A DNA stretch of 64,000 bases from an uncultured delta proteobacterium (GCA_963711565.1 CAVQEQ010000001.1:64001-128000); one strand, 5' to 3'; shown: positions 10,583 to 20,394, counted from the first letter of the stretch. Program-made: numbers and translations. The notes: generated by a model not told the origin, from the sequence alone.

Positions 10583-11110
10583 TTGCTTTATTTTCGCAGT
10601 TGCTTTCTTGATAGTCTCTTTGCGACTCCACCGGAGACCCTGCGATTGCTCAGTTCCGCGATTCTTTGGACGCATGCTGCCGCCGGCGCAATCTGGGTCG
10701 GTGCATGTGCTTGCTTTGTGATCGCGGGTCTCGCACTTTCTGCCGGTAGCGACGAGCAGCGCAATTTTGTCGCGAACGCGGCGCCCAAGATCGATTCGCT
10801 CGGCCTCGTCGCGGCCGTAGTGCTGATTGTTACCGGATTCATCAACCTGATGACCGCCGGCGCCGCCCGACGCTTCGTATTTTCGACTGCCTTCATGACC
10901 GTGCTTGCGATCAAGATCGCGTTGTTTATCGTTATGATCGTCGTGATGATGTGGTCGATGAGAATCGGCGCCGTGATCAAGGCTGTCGTCGCGCGCGGCC
11001 GCACCGACGCCGTGCCGGGCGCGATGCGCCGGATGGTGCGGGCGCACGTCGCGATCGTCGCGATGGGCGGTCTCGCTCTTATCTTGGGAACGTGGCTGAT
11101 GGGAAGTTGA
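10583..11110 (+). CDS. Four-TM membrane protein (CopD/DUF4149-like); start uncertain
   Basis: H..A..IWVG motif, four hydrophobic helices, ends 6 bp before the next gene. Confidence 0.65.
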   Translation: MLYFRSCFLDSLFATPPETLRLLSSAILWTHAAAGAIWVGACACFVIAGLALSAGSDEQRNFVANAAPKIDSLGLVAAVVLIVTGFINLMTAGAARRFVFSTAFMTVLAIKIALFIVMIVVMMWSMRIGAVIKAVVARGRTDAVPGAMRRMVRAHVAIVAMGGLALILGTWLMGS

Positions 11111-11116
11111 ATCGCA

Positions 11117-11998
11117 ATGGCTGAAATTCCACCGAAAATCAAAGTCGGCGCGTTCACCGTCGCTTTTCTCGCCGACGGTCTTTGGCGCAACGACGGCGGA
11201 TGCATGTTCGGCGTCGTCCCGCGCGAACTGTGGAAGGGCAACCATCCGCCCGACGATCGCAACCGCATCCGCCTCAACCTGACCTGCCCGCTCATCATGA
11301 AGGGCGCCGACGCGATCCTTGTCGATACCGGAATCGGCAATCGGCTGAGCAACGTCGAGCGCAGGATCTTCGACCATGGCGACGGATGGCTGCCGCAGCA
11401 TATCCGCGCGCTCGGGATGGAGCCCGGCGACATCACGCATCTGATCGTGTCGCATCTCCATTTCGATCATTGCGGCGGGATCGTGCGGCGACGCGATTCA
11501 GGCACGCTCGAAGCGGCGTTTCCGCGCGCGCGAATCTTCGTGCAGCGCGGCGAACTCGACGTCGCCGATCATCCGCGCAACGAGCGGCTTCACGCGGCCT
11601 ATCGTCACGCCGCGGAGATTCTCGCGCCGGTGCGCGCGATGCTCGAAGCGATCGACGGCGACACCAACGTCATCGCGGGCGTGCGCGCCGTCGTCACCGG
11701 CGGCCATACGCGGGACCATCAGGCCGCGCTCGTCACCGACGGCGGCGAATGCTTTATGCATCTCGCCGATATCGTGCCGACGCGCTCGCATATCCGCGGG
11801 CCGTGGAACCAGGCGTACGATCTCGACGCGCTGCGCACGATGGAACAGAAGGCGCACTATCTCGGGCTCGCGGAGAAAAATAAGTGGTGGCTGTCGTTCG
11901 CGCACGACGACACTGTATTCGCCGCGACGGTGCGCAACGATCGCGGACGTATCGTGCTCGGCGACACGGTCCCGGTTTCCGCGCGGCTATTTCAATAA
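11117..11998 (+). CDS. MBL-fold metallohydrolase (YtnP-like)
   Basis: DGGCMFGVVP, SHLHFDHCGG, GHTRDH. Confidence 0.9.
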   Translation: MAEIPPKIKVGAFTVAFLADGLWRNDGGCMFGVVPRELWKGNHPPDDRNRIRLNLTCPLIMKGADAILVDTGIGNRLSNVERRIFDHGDGWLPQHIRALGMEPGDITHLIVSHLHFDHCGGIVRRRDSGTLEAAFPRARIFVQRGELDVADHPRNERLHAAYRHAAEILAPVRAMLEAIDGDTNVIAGVRAVVTGGHTRDHQAALVTDGGECFMHLADIVPTRSHIRGPWNQAYDLDALRTMEQKAHYLGLAEKNKWWLSFAHDDTVFAATVRNDRGRIVLGDTVPVSARLFQ

Positions 11999-12099
11999 GA
12001 TTTTCCCCGTACAGTTTTTTTCAGTGCGGCGCAAATCTGCATTCTGGTAACCTGTCGATACGGAACGCGCCTGAGTATGTTGCTTGCACCTAATATTAC

Positions 12100-12128
12100 T
12101 TGTTGCAGATCACAGGCTCCGTTATACT
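12100..12128 (+). promoter_or_regulatory. Putative sigma-70-type promoter of the prkA operon
   Basis: TTGTTG-17 bp-TATACT in an AT-rich gap. Confidence 0.45.
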
Positions 12129-12234
12129 CAATACAAGAATGGGCTCAAGAAATAGCACGGCCCGACCGGTTCCCGCTCTCCCAGGCAGTAAAACTGCTCA
12201 ACATTCTATAACCCGAACCCGAAGGAGATAGCCG

Positions 12235-14169
12235 ATGGCGGATCTCAATAACTTCGAGCGAGTGATCAAAGAAGACCGCGCTGCGCGCGAGTCGAAGCAG
12301 TGGCGTGGCACCTTGCTCGAATATCTCGAGGTCGTGAAAGCCGACCCGATCATGACCAAGCTCGCGCATGCGCGAATCTACGACTTGATCATCTCGGCCG
12401 GGCTGCATCCGCTGGCTGATACCGACGACCCGCGCACCAAGCGGCTGTTCAAGGATGAGCCGCTCAAGGTCTTCGATTTCTTCTCGGAAGAATTCTTCGG
12501 CATCGAGCGCACCATCGCCCAGATCGTCCGCTACTTCCATTCGGCTTCGCTCAAGGGCGAAGAGAGCCGGCAGGTCCTCTACCTGATGGGCCCGGTAGGC
12601 TCGGGCAAGAGTTCGTTGGTCGAGAGAATCCAGCGCGGGCTCGAGCAGATCGGACTCATCTACGCGATCGAAGGATGCCCGATGAACGAGGAGCCGCTGC
12701 ATCTTGTCCCGCGGCATCTGCGGCGCGAGTTCGAAAAGATGCTCGGCGTGCACATCGAGGGCGACCTCTGCCCGGTGTGCCGTTATCGCCTCAAGTCCGA
12801 GTTCAATAATCGCTACGAGGAATTTCCGGTCGCCGCGCGCAACTTCTCCAAGCGCAATCGCGTCGGAGTCGGCGTGGTCCCGCCGGTTAACCCGAACAAC
12901 CAGGACACCTCGGTGCTGATTGGCTCGGAAGACATCTCGAAGCTCGACCAATATTCCGAGGGCGACCCGCGCGTGCTCGAACTCAACGGTGCGCTCAACG
13001 TCGGCAACCGCGGCATCGTCGAGTTCATCGAAGTTTTCAAGAACGAAACCGAGTACCTGCACGCGATGATCACGGCGACGCAGGAGAAAGTGATTCCGGC
13101 GCCCGGCCGCCACGGCATGGTGTACGTCGATACCTGCATCGTCGCGCATTCGAACGAGGCTGAATGGCAGAAGTTCAAGGCCGACCACACCAACGAGGCG
13201 ATCCTCGATCGTATCGTGGTCGTGAAGGTGCCGTATAACCTGCGCCTGTCGGAAGAGGTGAAGATCTACCAGAAGATCATCAAGAACTCGGATTTCCGCG
13301 CGCACGTCGCGCCGCACACGCTCGAACTCGCCTCGATGTACGCGATCCTGTCGCGGCTCGAGCCGACTTCGAAATGCGATCTGATGACCAAGCTGCGGCT
13401 CTACAACGGCGAGGAAGTCGTCGAGAAGGGACGCACCAAGAAAATCAACGTCCAGGAGTTAAAGGAAGACACCAAGCGCGAGGGCATGTCGGGCATCTCG
13501 ACCCGCTTTATCATGAAGGCGCTCGACAACGCGCTGTCCGACAACGTCACCGGCAACTGCATCAATCCTATCAACGTGCGCGAGGCGCTCATCTCGATGA
13601 CAAAGGAAGGCGACCTGCCCGACGACACGCGCAAGCAGTACCTCGAGTTCCTGCAGGACACTCTGCACAAGGAATATCTCGACCTGCTCGAAAAAGAGAT
13701 CACGCGCGCGTTCGTGTATTCGTACCAGGAGCAGGCGGAGTCGCTGTTCCAGAACTACCTCGATCACGCGGAGGCGTACGTCAACAAGACTCGCGTGCGC
13801 GATCGAAATACCAACGAGGAACTGTCGCCCGACGAGGGCTTCCTGAAATCGATCGAGGAGCAGATCGCGATCATCGGCTCGGCGGCCGATGGCTTCCGCC
13901 AGGAAGTGATCGCGTACCTGTGGGCAACCTCGCGCCGCGGCGAAAAGATCAGCTACAAGAGCTACGAGCCGCTCAAGGAAGCGATCGAGAAAAAGCTGAT
14001 GACCAGCGTGCGCGATATCTCACGTATCATCACCAAGGCCCGCACCCGCGACGAAGAGCAGGGCGAGAAGTACGGCTCGATGGTAAAAAACCTGCTAGAA
14101 AACGGCTACTGCGAATCCTGCGTAGATGTGGTGCTGAAGTACGCCGCGAACAATCTCTGGAAGGATTGA
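12235..14169 (+). CDS. prkA: PrkA/YeaG family serine kinase / AAA+ ATPase
   Basis: Walker A GPVGSGKS, CPMNEEPLHL, NRGIVEFIE, GMSGISTRF; adjacent yeaH and spoVR. Confidence 0.95.
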   Translation: MADLNNFERVIKEDRAARESKQWRGTLLEYLEVVKADPIMTKLAHARIYDLIISAGLHPLADTDDPRTKRLFKDEPLKVFDFFSEEFFGIERTIAQIVRYFHSASLKGEESRQVLYLMGPVGSGKSSLVERIQRGLEQIGLIYAIEGCPMNEEPLHLVPRHLRREFEKMLGVHIEGDLCPVCRYRLKSEFNNRYEEFPVAARNFSKRNRVGVGVVPPVNPNNQDTSVLIGSEDISKLDQYSEGDPRVLELNGALNVGNRGIVEFIEVFKNETEYLHAMITATQEKVIPAPGRHGMVYVDTCIVAHSNEAEWQKFKADHTNEAILDRIVVVKVPYNLRLSEEVKIYQKIIKNSDFRAHVAPHTLELASMYAILSRLEPTSKCDLMTKLRLYNGEEVVEKGRTKKINVQELKEDTKREGMSGISTRFIMKALDNALSDNVTGNCINPINVREALISMTKEGDLPDDTRKQYLEFLQDTLHKEYLDLLEKEITRAFVYSYQEQAESLFQNYLDHAEAYVNKTRVRDRNTNEELSPDEGFLKSIEEQIAIIGSAADGFRQEVIAYLWATSRRGEKISYKSYEPLKEAIEKKLMTSVRDISRIITKARTRDEEQGEKYGSMVKNLLENGYCESCVDVVLKYAANNLWKD

Positions 14170-14171
14170 TT

Positions 14172-14757
14172 TTTGTGTCATTCAGAGCGGAGTCCGCGTA
14201 GCGAAGAATCCCGGCTCCGAAAGCACCATGCGAAAAACGTCGAGCCGCAAGAGCTACTACGTGTACATAATGAGCAGTCCGTCGCAGACGCTCTACATCG
14301 GTGTGACCAACGATCTCGAACGGCGCGTGAATGAGCACAAAAGCGGCGAATTCGATAGTTTCACAAAGCGCTACCGCGTCAATCGCTTGGTCTATTTTCA
14401 AGAGACGAACGACGTTAACGCTGCGATTGCGGCTGAAAAACACCTTAAGGGCATCTCGCGAACGAAAAAGTTTGCACTGATCGAAGAAGAGAATCCAACG
14501 TGGCAGGACTTGAATGCTGAATCACAGTCAGTCGCCGAATCAAACGAAGAAACCGGGATTCTTCGCCGCAGCGGCTCTGAATGACACAAAGAAAAAGAAT
14601 GACGAATCTGGTTACAAGAACAACCGCCTCCTTGTGTCATTCAGAGCGGAGTCTGCATAGCGAAGAATCCCGATCTTTGTGTCATTCAGAGCGGGGTCCG
14701 CGTAGCGAAGAATCCCGGCGCCTGAAACGATATGCGAAAAACGTCTAGCCGCAAGAG
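14172..14757. mobile_element. GIY-YIG nuclease unit with four ~40-bp repeats
   Basis: TTGTGTCATTCAGAGC-N-GCGAAGAATCCCG at 14172-14214 (fwd), 14553-14590 (rev), 14632-14672 (fwd), 14676-14718 (fwd); nuclease start recopied at ~14719-14757. Confidence 0.75.
14228..14584 (+). CDS. Stand-alone GIY-YIG nuclease
   Basis: YYVYIM...LYIGVTNDLERRVNEH, FTKRY, AIAAEKHLK, NPTWQDL. Confidence 0.92.
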   Translation: MRKTSSRKSYYVYIMSSPSQTLYIGVTNDLERRVNEHKSGEFDSFTKRYRVNRLVYFQETNDVNAAIAAEKHLKGISRTKKFALIEEENPTWQDLNAESQSVAESNEETGILRRSGSE

Positions 14758-14871
14758 GTACGAAATCCAATTTCTGACGGAACGAAGCTACCGATAGTAG
14801 TGGCAGACTCCTAAAGCCACCACCGATGGTATGAAGATGCCCGAACTGAACACAACTTCGCGGATACTCCG

Positions 14872-16203
14872 ATGAGCGGCGACACAATCTTCCGCGAATA
14901 CCGGATCTCGGACGCCGAGCGCTCCGACCGCTCGGCTGGCGACCGGCTGCGCCATCGGCAGAAAGTTCGCGAATCGATCCGCGAGAACATCGCCGACATC
15001 ATCGCCGAAGAATCAATCATCGGCAAAGACAAAGACCGCGTCATCAAGGTTCCGCTGCGCGGGATCAAGGAATACCGCTTTGTTTACGGCGACAACTCGC
15101 CCGGCGCATCGCAAGGCGACGGCGACTCGCGCCCCGGCCAAGTCGTCGGCAAGACCGGCAAAGACGGCCCCGGCAAGGGCGACGAGCACGCCGGCGACCG
15201 CCCCGGCGTCGATTACTACGAGACCAACGTCACACTCGAGGAATTGATCGAGATCATGTTCGAGGATCTCGAACTGCCGAACCTCGAACGGCGCGCTCTG
15301 CGCGAAATCCAGTCCGACTACTCGTCGCGGCGCAAAGGCTACCGCAAGGTCGGCATACGCATCAGGCTCGACAAGCGGCGCACCGCCAAGCAGCGCGTGA
15401 TGCGGATGCTGGCGTCCGACAAGCGGCTCGATGCGGCTAACCGCGCACTCGAGGAATCGAAGGCCGACCGCGAAGCGGACGCCGAGGCGGACGTTGAAGG
15501 CGCGCTCGACGAGATCGCTCTCGAGGAGGGCACGCTCGACGAAGAATCCCTCGACACTTCCCCAGCAGCCGCCGCATTCCAGCGCGTCCGCCGCCGCTTC
15601 CCCTTCCACCAGGACGACCTGCGCTACAAGCACGTCGAGATCGACACCAAGGAAGAGTCCAACGCCGCCGTCATCTGCATCATGGACACCTCGGGCTCGA
15701 TGGACACGATGAAGAAGTACCTGGCGCGCAGCTTCTTCTTCCTACTCTACCAGTTTATCTCGACGCGCTACCGCAACGTCGAAATCGTTTTCATCGCGCA
15801 TCACACGGAAGCCAGCGAGGTCACCGAGGAAGAATTTTTCCACAAGGGCGAATCGGGCGGCACATTTATTTCTTCGGGCTATGCCAAGGCGCTGGAAATA
15901 ATCGCCGCGCGCTACCATCCGTCGCTGTGGAACCTGTACGCGTTCCATTGCTCCGACGGCGACAACTTCGACTCCGACAATCCCGCCGCGCTCAAGGACG
16001 CGGAAGAGTTGGCCGAAATTTGCAACCTGTTCGGCTACGGTGAAATCAAACCGCTCGGCTCGCGCTACTATGAATCCTCGATGCTCAACGTGTTCCGCCG
16101 AATCCAAGCGCCGAACTTTCACACCGTGCTGATCGAGCGCAAGGAAGACATCTGGCCGTCGTTCAAAGCGTTCCTTGCCAAGGACCGGGTGAAGGAAGCA
16201 TGA
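14872..16203 (+). CDS. yeaH: YeaH/YhbH (DUF444) vWA protein
   Basis: Gly-rich linker, LELPNL, MIDAS-like DTSGSM, ESGGT, SDGDN. Confidence 0.92.
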   Translation: MSGDTIFREYRISDAERSDRSAGDRLRHRQKVRESIRENIADIIAEESIIGKDKDRVIKVPLRGIKEYRFVYGDNSPGASQGDGDSRPGQVVGKTGKDGPGKGDEHAGDRPGVDYYETNVTLEELIEIMFEDLELPNLERRALREIQSDYSSRRKGYRKVGIRIRLDKRRTAKQRVMRMLASDKRLDAANRALEESKADREADAEADVEGALDEIALEEGTLDEESLDTSPAAAAFQRVRRRFPFHQDDLRYKHVEIDTKEESNAAVICIMDTSGSMDTMKKYLARSFFFLLYQFISTRYRNVEIVFIAHHTEASEVTEEEFFHKGESGGTFISSGYAKALEIIAARYHPSLWNLYAFHCSDGDNFDSDNPAALKDAEELAEICNLFGYGEIKPLGSRYYESSMLNVFRRIQAPNFHTVLIERKEDIWPSFKAFLAKDRVKEA

Positions 16204-17669
16204 GCGCCACTACGCACGCGGGCGCGACTCCACGAATCGCGCACTGGGACCTGCGCGACCTTGTCGAATGGGATCGCAAGATTCGCGACAAGGCCGACGA
16301 GTTCGGGCTCGACTGCTATCCGCAGGAGTTCGAGCTTTGCGATCACAACGGGATGCTCGGCTACATGGCGTATTCCGGCATGCCGTCGCATTACCCGCAT
16401 TGGTCGTACGGCAAGTCGTACGAGAAGCTGAAGACGCTGTACGATCACGGCGTCAGCGGGCTGCCGTACGAGATGGTGATCAACTCGAACCCGGCGATCG
16501 CGTACCTGATGCGCGACAATTCGCTGCTGCTGCACATTCTCACGATCGCGCACGTCTATGGGCACAACGATTTTTTCAAAAACAATTTTACGTTCAAGTC
16601 GGCGACCCGCGCGGAGCTGACGATCGAGAGCTTCAAGGCGGCGGCGATACGGGTGCGACGCTACGTCGAGGACCCGTCGATCGGCGTCGAGAAGGTCGAG
16701 CGCATTCTCGACGCGGCGCACGCGCTGTCGTGGCAGTGCCGGCGCAACTTCGCGATCAAGAAACTCTCGCCGCTCCAGCAGATGGCCCGCGCGGAAGACA
16801 GCGCGCAGGGACAGCCCGATCCATTTCAGAAGATCCACGCGCGCAAGACGATCGAGGTTCCCGACTTTCACAAAGTACCGCTCGAACCCGACGAGGACGT
16901 CCTGCTCTTCATCCGCGATCACAACCCGTTCCTCGCCGACTTCGAAAAAGACCTGCTCACCATCGTCGATGAGGAAGCGAAGTACTTCATCTCGATGATG
17001 GAGACGAAGATCATGAACGAGGGCTGGGCGAGTTACTGGCACAAGAAAATTCTCGAGTCGCTCGACCTCGACCAGGGGCTGCATCTCGAATTCATCGTCA
17101 ATCACAACCAGGTCTGCCGCCCGATTCCCGGCCAGATCAACCCATATCACCTCGGACTAAAGATTTGGGAAGACATTTACCGGCGCTTTACGAATCCGAC
17201 CGCCGAGGAAATCAAGCGCGACGGACCGCCGGCGAAATCGGGCAGCGAAAAAATCTTCGAGGTGCGCGAGGTCGAGCGTGACGCGTCGTTCCTCCGCCGC
17301 TACCTGACCGAAGACCTTATGCGCGAGATGGATATCTTCGAGTACGAGGCGCGCGGCGAGGAGCTGGTCGTCAGCAAAGTTGCCGACGACGAAGGCTGGA
17401 AGGAAGTCAAGGCGACGCTGATCAAGAACGTCGGCACCAACTCGATCCCGGTACTCAAGGTCGACGACGCCGACTTCGGCCAGAACCGAACTCTTTACGT
17501 GAAGCACGATCACGACGGCCGCGACTTGCACATCGAGTACGCCGAGAAGAGCCTCAACTACCTGCAGCGGCTATGGGGCCGCGAAGTCGTGCTCGAAACC
17601 GTGCTCGACGGCAAGCGCTCGCTGTTGTGCAGTAACGATCGCGGTTTCTCCGTCCGCGCCCTCAAGTAA
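16200..17669 (+). CDS. spoVR: SpoVR/YcgB family protein
   Basis: YPHWSYGK, YEMVINSNP, HVYGHNDFFKNN, TKIMNEGWASYWH; ATGA overlap with yeaH. Confidence 0.95.
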   Translation: MSATTHAGATPRIAHWDLRDLVEWDRKIRDKADEFGLDCYPQEFELCDHNGMLGYMAYSGMPSHYPHWSYGKSYEKLKTLYDHGVSGLPYEMVINSNPAIAYLMRDNSLLLHILTIAHVYGHNDFFKNNFTFKSATRAELTIESFKAAAIRVRRYVEDPSIGVEKVERILDAAHALSWQCRRNFAIKKLSPLQQMARAEDSAQGQPDPFQKIHARKTIEVPDFHKVPLEPDEDVLLFIRDHNPFLADFEKDLLTIVDEEAKYFISMMETKIMNEGWASYWHKKILESLDLDQGLHLEFIVNHNQVCRPIPGQINPYHLGLKIWEDIYRRFTNPTAEEIKRDGPPAKSGSEKIFEVREVERDASFLRRYLTEDLMREMDIFEYEARGEELVVSKVADDEGWKEVKATLIKNVGTNSIPVLKVDDADFGQNRTLYVKHDHDGRDLHIEYAEKSLNYLQRLWGREVVLETVLDGKRSLLCSNDRGFSVRALK

Positions 17670-17773
17670 CCCCCGCCCCCTTTCGGCCCATTGCGGCACG
17701 TTGCTTTAGATTTGATGGTCTTATAATTTCACTGCCGGACGATGCGGTTCGGGTCGGCTGCAAGGAGGCGCGG

Positions 17774-17959
17774 ATGATGGAGTGGCCGAAGTGCCAAAAG
17801 TGTAACGCGGGCGCGTTGATTCCCCTGTCCGATTACGGACAGGAAGGCGCTTCGGTGTTGTTCAAGGCCTGGGTGTGTACCAATCCTGATTGCGGTTTCA
17901 GTCTGCGCGTTGACAAGGGCGAAGTGACTTACGGCAGACGAATCGAGACCAAACACTGA
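17774..17959 (+). CDS. Small zinc-ribbon protein
   Basis: CQKC...WVCTNPDC; strong SD AAGGAGG; followed by terminator. Confidence 0.8.
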   Translation: MMEWPKCQKCNAGALIPLSDYGQEGASVLFKAWVCTNPDCGFSLRVDKGEVTYGRRIETKH

Positions 17960-17984
17960 TTAGTCTTTTGCTACGATTTGTATT

Positions 17985-18013
17985 GGGCAGTCCGCTCGGG
18001 CCGCCCTTTTTTT
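17985..18013 (+). terminator. Intrinsic terminator
   Basis: GGGCAGTCC-GCTC-GGGCCGCCC followed by T7. Confidence 0.7.
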
Positions 18014-18082
18014 ATCCCGTCTCTCTTTGTCGAATCTTCGCCTCCGCTTGAAACATCCGGTGGCGCCCATCGTCTCTTGATC

Positions 18083-18619
18083 ATGGGCCGTTGCTTCCAA
18101 ATCGCGTTGGCCGCCAGCACTGCATGCTTGCTTTCCGGATGCATGTCGTATGGCGAGACTGTCGTTTACCAGCTCTATCAAACCAACGCCGACCGATGCG
18201 CTCAAAACGAAACCGACGCTTGTGTGGCGATGCTCCAGTCCAGTTGCGACGCCCCCGCGAGCGTATGCACGAACTACGCGCCCGAATTTCAGGCGCAGGC
18301 CAGCAGGCAGCTCTCGCGAGCGTGCCAGTCGAATGACGACGCGTCCTGCCACGCACTCGACGCGGTGGCGTGCGACAACGGCGACTCTGCAGTGTGCGAT
18401 CGCCTCCGTGAGGATTACGCGAGACTTTATTCGTCGTGCAAATTGGGCGACGCGAGCGATTGCGAGTCCCTGTCGCTGTCGGTATGGCCGAAAGCGCAGA
18501 CCGATCTGGCAATCAACCAGTGTGAGAACGGTGACACTATCGCTTGCCGAGTCGCCAGTTCGAGCGCCAGCGCGATGAAGGTGACCGTCGACAAGAACGC
18601 GCAGTTCGCGACGTTCTAG
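18083..18619 (+). CDS. Cysteine-rich lipoprotein with C-x7-C repeats
   Basis: Lipobox LSGC; five C-x7-C units. Confidence 0.7.
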   Translation: MGRCFQIALAASTACLLSGCMSYGETVVYQLYQTNADRCAQNETDACVAMLQSSCDAPASVCTNYAPEFQAQASRQLSRACQSNDDASCHALDAVACDNGDSAVCDRLREDYARLYSSCKLGDASDCESLSLSVWPKAQTDLAINQCENGDTIACRVASSSASAMKVTVDKNAQFATF

Positions 18620-18639
18620 AATGGAGCGAAAGGCCTCGC

Positions 18640-20004
18640 TTACGCGCGCGCGTGGATTCGGTAACCCCAACGCAGCCACGCGATCGAACCGTCGGGATTC
18701 CGGATGAACTCGCCCTGGATATCCTTGAACGCCGGCTCGACCATCGCGACGCGATCCTTACCGATCAAGCCGATTCGAAATGGCGGCGGCGGCGGACCTG
18801 GTGGAGTGTTTGAGGTTGGGAATCCGCCCTTCGGATGAGGCTGCATCATTAGTTTGCCGGCTTCCGTCTTGATCTCGATATCGCCACCCATGGTCCGCGT
18901 ATAGCGCCCCGAATATTCAGCGGTCTGCGCGGGAGTCATCGGAATCTCGGCGGGCTCCGGCTCGTCGTTTCCAAGGAACTTAGCCACCAGGCCTTTCGTC
19001 ACTTCGAGATTCAGGAGTCCGCCGTTCATCGAATTGGTGGCTAGCGCGAGTCCGAACTTGCGCGCCGGGGTCATCGTGAAAGCCGAGATTTGGCCGTAGG
19101 TTCCGCCGCCGTGAAATACGCGCCGGAGTCCGCCGATGTCGCGTGTCATCCACGCGAGTCCCATCTTGATATCGAGCATCCTGGCATTGCCGGGCGTCTG
19201 CATCATGGCGATCGATTCCGGCGTGAGGATGCGCAGGCCGTCCTCCGCAGTCCCGTCTCCCAGGTGAAACCGCGCGTAGCGCAGCTGATCCTTCATCGAT
19301 GCTGCGATTCCGCCGGCCGACGCGCACGCGCGTATCACCTGCCACGGACGCAGCACGACAGTCCGGTCGCCGAGCGTCGCATGGCCGACGGCGTAGCTAT
19401 GAGTCATCACGTCCGTCGGGAACAGAAATGAGTGCTTCAGCCCGATCGGCCGAAGCACGAGCTCATTGAGCGCCACCTCATAAGTCTTGCCCGTAACAAC
19501 CTCGACCACCCGGCCGGCGAGCGAGAACGCGGCGTTGTTGTACGACAGGATAGTACCGAGGGGAGTAAGTTGCGGCAGATCCGCCATCAGCTTGACGTAG
19601 CGGGCGAGCGCGTCGTCGCCATTGCCGGTGTCGGGGAAGAAGTCGCCTTCCCATCCGCCGGTATGAGTCAGCAGATGACGCATCGTGACTCGCGCTGTGA
19701 CCTCAGGATCGCGCATCTTAAAGTCCGGTAGATAAGTCAGAATCGGCTCGTCGAGCGCGAGCTTCCCGGCCTCGACCAGTCGCATCACGGCGGTGGCGGT
19801 GAAGGTCTTGGTCGTCGAGCCGATTTGAAAGAGCGTCTTTTCATCCACGGGGAGTGGATGACGAATGTTGGTGACGCCGAATCCCTTTATGAACTCGCGT
19901 CCCTCGCAAACGATCCCCAGTGCGACGCCCGGAACCTTGTGCCGAGCCATCGCGTCGGGAATGCGATCGCAAATCCCGGTGAACAGTTCTTCAACGTCCA
20001 TCAC
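18640..20004 (-). CDS. Serine hydrolase, class C beta-lactamase/PBP-like
   Basis: SxxK (STTK), LLTHTGG, YxN (YNN), HGG. Confidence 0.9.
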   Translation of the reverse strand: MMDVEELFTGICDRIPDAMARHKVPGVALGIVCEGREFIKGFGVTNIRHPLPVDEKTLFQIGSTTKTFTATAVMRLVEAGKLALDEPILTYLPDFKMRDPEVTARVTMRHLLTHTGGWEGDFFPDTGNGDDALARYVKLMADLPQLTPLGTILSYNNAAFSLAGRVVEVVTGKTYEVALNELVLRPIGLKHSFLFPTDVMTHSYAVGHATLGDRTVVLRPWQVIRACASAGGIAASMKDQLRYARFHLGDGTAEDGLRILTPESIAMMQTPGNARMLDIKMGLAWMTRDIGGLRRVFHGGGTYGQISAFTMTPARKFGLALATNSMNGGLLNLEVTKGLVAKFLGNDEPEPAEIPMTPAQTAEYSGRYTRTMGGDIEIKTEAGKLMMQPHPKGGFPTSNTPPGPPPPPFRIGLIGKDRVAMVEPAFKDIQGEFIRNPDGSIAWLRWGYRIHARA

Positions 20005-20110
20005 GCGAGTCTCTTTAGCACATTCGAGGTGGCGCCACGCACCGATGTCGGCGTAAGAAAACTTTGTCTTGATTTCCGATGGCGCGCGATCGGCGTTGCA
20101 GATCCGCCGA

Positions 20111-20139
20111 TTGAGTTAGTTTACTAGTAAGTCTAGAAT
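20111..20139 (+). promoter_or_regulatory. vapBC promoter with palindromic operator
   Basis: TTGAGT-17-TAGAAT; TTACTAGTAA (20121-20130) in the spacer; ATG 6 nt after the -10. Confidence 0.7.
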
Positions 20140-20145
20140 TAGATT

Positions 20146-20394
20146 ATGATTCGGCTCAACATACATGAAGCCAAAACGCACCTCTCGAAACATCTGCGCC
20201 GCGTAAAGAAAGGAGAAACTATCATATTATGCGAGCGTAATGTGCCAATCGCCGAGATTCGGCCGATCAAGCCGGAGAATCGTGGGCCTCGACCGATCGG
20301 GCTCGATAAGGGACGTTTTATCGTTCCCGAAAATTTTAACGATCCACTTCCCGACTGGCTGCTCGACGCGTTTGAGGGCAAAGACCCGAAGTGA
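20146..20394 (+). CDS. Phd/YefM family antitoxin
   Basis: NIHEAKTHLS...GETI...PIA; FNDPLP tail; GTGA overlap with toxin. Confidence 0.92.
   Translation: MIRLNIHEAKTHLSKHLRRVKKGETIILCERNVPIAEIRPIKPENRGPRPIGLDKGRFIVPENFNDPLPDWLLDAFEGKDPK

Noticed and set aside
14172-14757. CRISPR array
   Set aside because: Mixed orientation, irregular spacing, variable repeat centre, no cas genes.
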